In this document: positions 54,916 to 64,000 of the stretch, one piece after another
How positions within the stretch are numbered: the first letter of the stretch is position 1
How the letters are laid out: every line of letters starts with the position of its first letter
NCBI RefSeq assembly: GCF_009914755.1
Contig: NC_060936.1
DNA: 64,000 bases
Direction: 5' to 3' (one strand)
Origin: the human T2T-CHM13v2.0 reference genome, Homo sapiens
Translations under genes and position numbers: made by a program
The notes under the pieces: model-generated
Told to the model about the DNA's origin: nothing
Seen by the model: only the letters and a program-made list of their open reading frames with translations
Database searches by the model: none

Positions 54916-56083
54916 TAAATTCTTGCTTTCTCCAACTTCCAAAATTTGGGAGAGGATGAATGGAAGTTTCCAATTTCAAAGAGCCTTGAGAACAGGAGGA
55001 GTCAAATATAAATTATTATTAGCTGTCTTTTGATGTCCTCCCATTTGTAAACGTCCTCTGTTAACTGTGAAGAATAATGCAAATGCGATTGGCCATTATT
55101 GTTTTGAAGTAAGGCTCAGTGGGATAGAATTTCCAGTCATTTCTTCCCAAAGGGCCAGAACTGTTTATTTTAAATCCGTTTCTTCCCTGCCTTCAGTTTT
55201 GAATGAACATGGCTTTGCTGCTCATAGTTTCCTAATATGTCACTTTGATGGTTTATTTCACCTTAAGTAGCATGGAATTGAAGTCTGAGACTGTATCAGG
55301 CTGATTTCAGGTCTCTTTTGCTTCCCTTTGTGCCATCGCAGTAGGGGAGAATTGTCAAGCTGTGCTTGGCCAAGTTAAATGAGGAGACCAGATGGTCAGA
55401 AAGAAAGGAATTTTGGTTCAGGTTTAGGAGGAGAAAAGCTGGGGGCAAAACTCCTGCATAGTTTTTGACCTAAAGATCAAAACACTCAGCACTGGGGGTA
55501 CATTGTTGAATGCTGGGGGACCCCAGCAAAGGTTTGCAATGTAGGAGCTCCTTTTGGTTTTACTCTCCTAGGACTTTCTGCCAAAACTTCAAAATGCTTT
55601 TGCTGTGCTGGAGTTTTGGTTATATGGGACTTTTAGTTTTCAGAGAACATTGATTTATGTTAAACACAACAAAAAGGAAAAAAAAAAACGGGAGGTAAAG
55701 GAGTCACTTCTGGCTTTTGCTTTTAGCAGGCAATTTTAAGAAAAAAGAAAACAAAATCCAAAACAGGCGGAAGAAAGGATGGAAGGAAACAAAGCAGCGA
55801 TATAGAAGGCAATTTTTAAGATCTCTATCCCCCAACACAGAAAAGGCAGCTGGTGCAGAAACCCAGAAGCTGTTCCAAGTTGCATTGCAAAGTGGCATCG
55901 TGAGCTGTCTGGCACTGAGACAGGATGAGGAGGCAAGAGATAGAAAGTCAGGCAGGAGAAGGTGGCAGGGGTCCAGGCAGGAAGCAGTCTGAGTGTGAAC
56001 AAGTGTCTTCGTGGTAGGGACAGATGGGAAAAGAGAAATTAGAGAAAATACTGCTGAGAAAGGAAGAGCCTGACTTCTTAACA

Positions 56084-58067
56084 TCCTCTGATAAAGCATT
56101 TCATCGCAGCTGGTGTTCAGCAGTCCTTGTTTTTAATATGCTGACTGCTGCGCTCAATATAAAATGGCAAGGCTTCTGCTCTGTGGCCTCAAAGCTTAAA
56201 TGTTACCCCAAAAGAATAAACATAAGACACTGTTCTAGGAGTATCAGAATGCCAGGGTTGCCAGGGTTGACTGAGCTTGCCCAGGTTTTATTCTGATTGT
56301 CTCTAGCGTGCCTTGGTGACCTAATAGCAATGTGGCATGTCTATAGCTGAGATGATAAGCCACTTTCACGTCACCTTCCTCATTTAAGCATTGTAACCAC
56401 TGTGTGGCATGAAAGTGGAATGAATTCTTACGGTCACCATTACAAAGATGAGAGGACTGAGGCTCACCGAGGTTGGATGGCTTGCCCTCATTTGTAAAAG
56501 TGAGATTAGTATCTGGTTTTCTGTCTCCTAATGTTTGCCTTTTCTTTATTTACCAGAGTTAGTTATCAATGCTGACTGAGTGTGCACTCTCCTAGACACC
56601 ATGGGGAGAGGCAGAAGAGGAAACCAGATATGATCCTTCTTCTTGGGACTCTCCTGACCTAGGAAAAGAGACAGATGAATGCAGATAACTGAGTCTATAT
56701 ACAGAGACTGCCACAAGCTCACACTTTACTGAATGTTCAGACCTAGTCATACATCCTAAGGGCATTGTTGGAAGCTTCTGGAACTAAGTCTCTGGGGATT
56801 TGAATCAACTCAGAAGACTGACTCATTCACTTGGCTGTGGAGGCTGTTCCAGATATTAGGAGCTATGTATGTGGAGCCCCGGATTTGGGCCAAAAGATGC
56901 ATTTGACTGGAGAGAAGGGATTGAGATTTGAGCAGTTGTTGGACAACACAGAAATGAAACAGCCGTAGCAAACTTGCCTGCCGTGATTTCTCTGCTGAGA
57001 TAATGGGACTTTTCAGACTCCCTGTAACTGAGATCTAGATAAAAAGAGACGTCTGGAAAAAAACTGGTCCCAATTGTCGCTTGGCTTTGCTTTCATAACT
57101 ATCTGAGTGTGGCATATGTCAGACTTTGAAATGCTGGGTCTCTTGGAAATACAAATACCATCTGGGTCTGGATAATTCCCAGAAACCTAGGCTACTCAGT
57201 AGGAAATGAGGAGCTGGAAACATAATACCGAGACCAGGGGCTTGTCCTTGGGCCACCCTGTCTCGTGTCCTGGACACAGTCACATGACTCGTACAGAAAA
57301 TGTCACTGGGAAGACACCATAAGGCTCATCTTTTCACGACACAGTGACCTCTGTTATGGACATCTTGATTTCTCTTTGAGAAGCCATCCCTCCCCCAGTG
57401 TGTATAGTCTAGCAGCCAAGTCCGCCTTGCCTCTGGCCAAGGGCAGCCTGAAACTCAAACAGGGCCCATCCCTTATCCCTGGATGGAAATCTTGAGCAGA
57501 GTGCCTGACGGGACTGAAGATGGCTGAAATTCCAGCAAGCAGACAGTGGTTCTCTGAAGAGGCTCCCCTCCGCCCACACCCATGAGTGTCTGCTCCCCAG
57601 ATGCTCCAATCCTACTTCTCCAGCTTTACCTTCTGTTCCATAAGCTGCTTCATTTTCTTTCTCCAAATCCCTCTTTTGCTGGTTGGACAAAGATTGTTTC
57701 TGTTGCCTGCAATCAAATAACCCAAAAGGATGAACAGGTGAAATCATAAACATACTTTTAAGTGCCTGGAATATGCCTGCTTCTGTCCATCTTTCAACCC
57801 ACTTGCATCAGAAGCCCCCTTGGAGGATGAGAGCCTGTCCTGTGAACCATGGTGGTTCAGAGTGGAACACAGCAGAGTGTGGAACACCAGGAATTTAGAG
57901 CAATCAGTGAAATATGATGTAGGCCTCTATGTCAGAAAAATTACTAATAAGCAGTTGATTATTAGTAATCAATAATAGCCTTCCCATTTTATATCGAGCA
58001 CAGCAGTCAGCATGTTAAAAACAAGGACTGCTGGACACCAGCTGCGATGAAATGCTTTATCAGAGGA
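56084..58067. repeat. 91-bp inverted repeat pair (56084-56174 and 57977-58067), 1802-bp spacer
   Basis: 86/91 reverse-complement identity, no indels. Confidence 0.97.
57200..57736 (+). mobile_element. Old MLT1 (K/L-like) LTR remnant
   Basis: 3' end 'gtttctgttgcctgcaatcaaataacccaaaaggatgaaca'. Confidence 0.5.
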
Positions 58068-58069
58068 CG

Positions 58070-58440
58070 GCCCTTGATGTCTATGTCCATTTGCAAGTGC
58101 GGCATTAATTACAAGGCTGGTTTAAGTATAATCAGTAAGTTTATATGCTGGATGCTCAAGATGATTTCTGGCTAAACATGGAATTTCTATTTCTATTTTC
58201 CTTATGTTAAAAGCCGGAACAGCAAAATGTATTCCTAATGTCACTATTATGACATTTACATCCCGAAAAGTTGCAGTAACTGATCAATACAATAGTGGAA
58301 TGCCTGGAAACCTGTTCCTTTTTTGCTAAAAAAAGGAGGGCACTTTTTATGTCTTTGATGTGAAGTTCATGTTCTTTGACAGTGATTGATGGAATATGCT
58401 ACAGAAAAGGCTGATTACATTTTACTAGAGAAGTAAAAAA
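58070..58440. promoter_or_regulatory. Candidate developmental enhancer (MEIS + PBX-HOX + TCF/LEF motifs)
   Basis: TGACAG at 58377-58382 abuts TGATTGATGG at 58383-58392; CTTTGATG at 58353-58360; repeat-free context. Motif evidence only. Confidence 0.4.
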
Positions 58441-59089
58441 GAAATGCAGGAGAATCCCACAGCTCTGGGATTGAATGGAAAGCAAAGGAGGAGCTCCTCT
58501 AGGGGGCTATGGGATGCCTCTGTGTAGCTATTGAATCTCTGGGGCCATGGATGAGAATTTGCTTGGTCAGTAGGTCAGCATTCAAGAGTATGGGCTGGAT
58601 GCAGAGTAAACGACCTGCTGAGAGTAATGGCCACTGCTTTACTTCTGTCTTCAAAATCCTGAACAAGCTCCTCTTTTGGCCAACTCTAACCTGGAACCAT
58701 GCAGATTAGGAAGAGAAAGAGAAGTGGATTGTGAGAAAGATTTTAGCTTGGTCAAGTTGATAACGGGATGATTCAGAAGAATGCAACCCTTATCAACTAG
58801 GTATATCTCTTTTTTCCTACATTTATTGTCCAAATAAAGCAAAATCATGCTTTCACCTGCCTGACATGATGCAACTGTCTTTCATACAAATGAAAACAGA
58901 TTAGCGCTCTCCGAGATAGTAGACACTGTGTCATTTTATGCATTGCTGGATTATGTTTACCTGCACTACTAGCTGAATTACACTCCCCTTTAATATCCTG
59001 TAACTTAAATACCAACATATAAGGCTTACCACTTTTATTACATTTTGTATTACATAGTAAATTAATAGGAGAGGGGGCAAAGAAAGAAA

Positions 59090-59921
59090 AATTATATATG
59101 ATATATGAATATATAATTAATAATTATATATTAAATATAATTACAAATATATAATAATTATATATTATATAATAAAATATATAATATAATATATAATATA
59201 TAATAAAAATGTATATAATACATAATATATATAATATAATATATAACATATAAATATATATACAATACCAAAAAGGAAGCATGTATGTGCTACTTTGAAT
59301 TCCAAAGCCTAGTACTCAGAAAAACACGCACACACACAGGCAGGCACACATATGCACACATGGGCACACACACAGAGGAGTCCTCTCCACACAATCTCAA
59401 AACATCCTGCCAAGCCAATAAAAAACAGTCTTAGCCACTCCAGGAAAAAACAGCCTGAAAACCTTCATGCTTCCTATTTTTATTTTGGAAGAGGAAAGAG
59501 AAGAGGTGATAGAGAAAGGGAGAAAAAAGAAGGGGATTGGCAAGGGAACAGCTTGGAGGCTGACGGCTGAACTTCCGGCCTTCTTTTCTTAGATCTTTCA
59601 GTACTCCAGGCTCACTACTGATATTTGTCTCCTGTGAGCTGAAACCTCTGGGTACTTGAAAGTCCATCACATCCATTCATGTGCTAAGGCTTCCTTCTTT
59701 CCCCCTTCTCGCCCTCTTTTTGCCCTCCCTTCCTAACAAAAGGATTTTCTCTTAACTTGAGTGTGCTGTTCACCCACCTTGGAAGGATCACCATTTCCTG
59801 GGCAGGAAATATATAATAATTATATATTATATATTTACTTTATTATATAATATATAATAATTATTCATTATATATTTATATATCATTATACATTTATATA
59901 TTATATATAATTATATATATA
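59090..59921. repeat. AT-rich (TA)n-like tract split by copy 2 (59266-59805) of the 53009-53555 duplication
   Basis: Near-pure A/T at 59090-59265 and 59807-59921, flanking the duplicated segment. Confidence 0.95.
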
Positions 59922-61192
59922 AAACCACATACATATACTCTACCCTCAGTATGTGGTAGTAACTCAGTTTCCCCTTGAGAGGGTCAACTGCCCCCGAGGT
60001 GCTACAGTAACCCCTTTCTTCGCTTATCAATCTCCTAGCATGCAGACCTCAAAGTAGTCAGGTGGCAGTGTTAGTTTACAGTTAAAACAGCTGTTGTTTG
60101 TCCCTGTGGACAACCCCCTGTGAAAAGCACACAAAACCTGCTCCTGTTTTCTCAAAGCTACAGATGTCTTCTTGGGCTCTCCTTTGGAGCAACTTTCCAA
60201 TTTCCTCTGAAACATGACCTTGGAATTCAAGGCATATTAAGTCTTTCACACACAAGTTCCATTTGGAAACAAAGAACGTGTAAGAAGAGGGAGGTGGAGG
60301 AGGAGAACATTCCTTTTCAAGGAAGGTGAGTTCTTCCAGAGGGGATTATATCACAGTCGTTCCTTGTCCTTGGCCCTAGCACCATCACCATTGTTGTTTG
60401 TGGATCTAAAGCTCTATTTTCTGGTGTGATGTGTCATGAAAAAACTAACATGAGAAACCTACATGGAAGAGCAATGAGATCATGTGATTCTTGGGACCTG
60501 GTGCTATATTAATTCAGAAATGTGAAATAATTCTGGAAACAAAACCAGGAAAACTATCCTCCAATCTTGCACAGGGCTTCTTTTAAAAATAATAATAATA
60601 ATTTTATGAAGTTAAAAATAACAAAAATTATAGGTTGACAAAATATTGAACACTTAGTTCAAGACAGAAATTGGTAGAGTAGGGAGAAAGATTTGCATTG
60701 GCTGAGTTTTAACTTATAAATCAAGAAAAATCAACAGAGAATTTAATCCAAACATGCACTGCACATAGTTTCTACTGGACTTGTGTTACCGAGGTTAGTG
60801 TCGTGGTTGAGTTCGCTAGGAAGGAAGCACGAAAAATTGATGGCATCTGTCCTCTTAGGTCTTTTTTGCTTTCCTGATAGCTACTTCAGAGGCCTTGGCA
60901 TTTTGTGATAAACTCTTCAGAGGACTGGTGAAAATGTAATCATGGGGGTTGAACAATTGGAAACCAGAAGTCTGTCTGTGTTTCTGGGACTCTTGTGAAG
61001 CATTTTCCCCTTGCCGCCAACAAGATCAGAGAATCTGGAGGTTCTATAGTAGTGTTGTCCTAAATAATGGAAAGCCACTAAGATGATAAGAAAGATTCAG
61101 AGTCATACCAAACCAGTGAAACTCAGGGTATCCTAGCCTCCTGTCACCACTACCATCTCATTCATTTGTTCAACAAAAACTTAGTAAAACAC

Positions 61193-61640
61193 TGTGGCAG
61201 ATGCTGTTGGTTATTGTCCATCTCCTTTGGGCCTTGCCACTTGTGTGGACTCCAGCCAACTTCTTCTGCCAGTATCTGTATCTCTTTGTTTGAGGGATTC
61301 TCCAAAGCCATTCTGCCACACCCACTTCTAGATGAAGAGGTGAGGAATTGGTGCCACCTGGAGCAGTCCCCCACCAATGATTGGCAAGAGTTTCCTTATA
61401 AATACCTCAGCTCCCTTACTCCTAATGCTGAGGTGCATTTCTCTACCATATCCCAGTGTCCCCATGGGACTGAGCTTCTGTGGCCCATGACATTAGCTGC
61501 TCTGATGGCACATCCTTTACCATCTGCTTTCCTTCCCTGTGTAGCTCCCCATCCCCTCCCAGTGTTTTCTACACCTCCCGAGTCCACTCTTTCTACTTGC
61601 ATCCTCACTCAGAGTCTACTCCTGGGGAACCCAAACACCT
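61193..61640 (+). mobile_element. LTR16-type ERVL LTR (in an L2 tail)
   Basis: tgtggcagatgctgttgg... through ...ctcagagtctactcctggggaacccaaac. Confidence 0.7.
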
Positions 61641-62809
61641 ACTGTGTGCCAGGGATTCACTGATTGAGGATACAGCAGATGATGAGATTTCAGACACCAG
61701 TGACAGGCTGGTGGGAAGATGTTTGATGGAAGTTTGAGAATTTATTCTAACAACTTACTTCATAGAATTTGTATGAGGCTTAAACTTATAAAACTCTTAA
61801 AAGAGTGTTTGGCATATAGCAGCAACTAAGAAATTATTAGTTATTATATTCATTATTCTGATGAGCTAAGGCATTGGGTGTTTACTAGTTCTCTTGTTAA
61901 AATAGAAACTTCTACGCAAAGGTAGTACATTAAGCTCTTAGTGGCCATTAAAGCTTTAAGAGGAGTAGATTTATCAAGAAGCTTTCATCACTGTGCTAGA
62001 CTTTGAAGGAATGAGTCAAAAGGCAAAGTAAGCTTTAAAGGTGGTGGGGGAAGGAGCAAGAGCTGACTGACGTGAGCCCTGGGATCAGTTCCTGGGATCT
62101 CCTGGTAGGCAAGAACCATCCTGGGGCTCCAGGTTGCCTGAGTGCCAAGGCACAGTCTAGAGCAGGCAAATCCAGGCTTCTCTGAGTCCAAAGCCCTCAA
62201 CAGAAAAGTGGCAGTGCTGAGATTTGAACATAGGTCGCACTCATTCATTTATTCATTTAGCGTTTTCATAGATTTGTTCAATATTTTTTTTTGAGTTGGA
62301 GTTTCAAAGGTTATCAGAGGATTCCCAGTGGAAGAGCAAGTATTTATAAACCAATAGTGTGCAATAAAATATCCTAAGTGCTTTGGGAGACCATATGTGT
62401 GGGTCAGAAACAAGAGAATGGCTCCTTCTGCCCTGGGAGGAAGGGGAGGAGGGTCAGGAAGAGGGAACTCTTGATCTGAATTGTGACAGGTGGCTGACCC
62501 TCCAGCCTACTTCACTCCATTGCATCCCCAGTGCTGGGGCATGGGCAAGTCACTTCATTTCTCTGAACCTCAGTCAGGTTCTTCACTTGTGACATGGGGA
62601 TCCTCACCCCAAACTCACAGGGCAGCTCTGAGCATTGCAGAAGAGGAGGTGTGGGAAAGTACTGAGCAGCACCTCTGCAAATGCCATTTTCCATGCAAGA
62701 TGCAGCTAAGAAAACTACTTCTCAATATGAGGATCACCCAGGCCTGAGGGAGCCCTGGCACAGGCTGCATGAGGACATGAGCAGGAGGGCACAGACAAGG
62801 AGGAGTCAA

Positions 62810-63030
62810 GCTCTGGACTCAGATGGCTTCAATCCAAATCTTGGCTTTATTCCTTATTGATTATGTGACCTTGGGCAAGTTCCTGAACTCTTTGAGCTTC
62901 AGTAACTTCATCCATGCAGCGTGAGTGATAATATTAATAGTTCTCACCTCTTGGTATTGTTATAAGAATGAAATGAGATAATTTAAGTGCCTGGTGCACA
63001 GTAAGCACTCGGTAGATGTCATTATTATTT
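62810..63030 (+). mobile_element. MIR
   Basis: 'tgtgaccttgggcaagttcctgaactctttgagcttcag...gcctggtgcacagtaagcactc'. Confidence 0.8.
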
Positions 63031-63164
63031 AGAAGGAACTCCTGGTAGAGGGAAAAATTATGTGACAAGGTTCCTATCCTCTACATGTGGATGACTATCA
63101 TTCAACAATCTAGGATTGGGTCCAAATGTTCGACACTTTAGATTTAGCGGGCTTTGTGTTTTGA

Positions 63165-63610
63165 CTCACTGGCTGCAGATATTGGCAATGCCTGACTCAG
63201 GTACCCTAGACTTTCTTCTCCATAGGCTGAAGGCTCTGTACTGGACACACCTGTGACTCCCTGCCTAAGAGGATGCAAACTTGGTCTGCACACCCGGCAG
63301 GCTGAATGTGCCCTTAGACACCATGACAGAAGAAAGCTGATGGATGAGCACCCCAACTTCCTTGCCTTCTTGCTGGGGTGTGATTCTGAGGCATTTCTAC
63401 AATGACCTTGCTAGTCACCCTGCAAGATTCAGTTCCAGTTTCCCATAGTGGTAACTAGCTGAACAACACACTCCTTATTACCTTCTTTCCCTTCTCTATC
63501 TTGGGCTCCCATTCCTCCACTAGTATACTCTAGGATCACCTCCTAAGTAAATTAACTGCACTGAAATCCTTCATTATGGGTCTGTTTCTGGGAGAACCCA
63601 AACCAAGACA
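63165..63610 (+). mobile_element. LTR16-type ERVL LTR
   Basis: 3' end 'gggtctgtttctgggagaacccaaaccaagaca'. Confidence 0.7.
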
Positions 63611-64000
63611 CTCACTGGCATGTGCCTCTAAACAAGTTCAACACGGGCCAAATGAAGTGCAAGGTCATATAGCTACCTGCATATAATCACAACTGTCTAG
63701 ACAGCCAGTTCAGGCCCAAGCAGATTTTTGCTTGCTTGAGTTATTTGGGTTGGCTTGGCCAGGCAGTCCTGGACTCCCTCCAAAATTCTTCCAGCCCCCG
63801 CTTTCCTTTCGTCTCAGAGACTTAACCTCCGAAGCTGGCAGGCCTCAGATGGGAACAACACAGGATTCTGCGAAGGGTGAAATGTGGGCTGCTCCTGTGA
63901 GCAAGCACAGGATAGAAATGCAGCTTTTCTCTTGTTCTCAAAATGAAACACCAAGGCCCTCCCATCTGCTCTGAGTCCAGAGATGAGGCTCAAACAGTTC

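Noticed and set aside
56084-58067. Novel DNA transposon with 91-bp TIRs
   Set aside because: No TSD and no transposase. The interior is old MIR/MLT-containing genomic DNA that looks much older than the ~5% arm divergence.
53164-59676. Near-identical minus-strand ORFs (MDFQVPRGFSSQETN...) as a paralogous gene pair
   Set aside because: The similarity is explained by the recent DNA duplication. Start positions and lengths differ, and there is no evidence of coding constraint.
61166-61663. Longest ORF (165 aa)
   Set aside because: It lies almost wholly within an LTR16-type LTR, starts at TTG, and has no recognisable protein features.

Overview
This window is primate (probably human) non-coding DNA. 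It is AT-rich, has no CpG island, and carries dense Alu, L1, L2, MIR, MaLR/ERV LTR and hAT/Tigger MITE fossils. I find no credible protein-coding gene: the only recognisable ORFs are decayed L1 ORF2 pieces, Alu-derived frames and a disrupted hAT (Charlie-type) transposase. Four things stand out. (i) There is a set of locally templated duplications, all about 95% identical by eye: ~545 bp copied 6.3 kb downstream into an AT-rich tract, a 91-bp inverted pair 1.8 kb apart, 84-bp and 35-bp direct copies, and fold-back hairpins inside LTRs. (ii) A 42-nt tailless 5S rRNA retropseudogene has a 16-bp target-site duplication (TSD). (iii) Repeat-free blocks carry clustered developmental TF motifs, including abutting MEIS and PBX-HOX sites. 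(iv) A strong G-quadruplex motif appears to have grown out of a TSD. Repeat family names come from my recall of consensus sequences, not from a database search, and boundaries without a TSD are approximate. I could not identify the locus and do not claim a new biological system.
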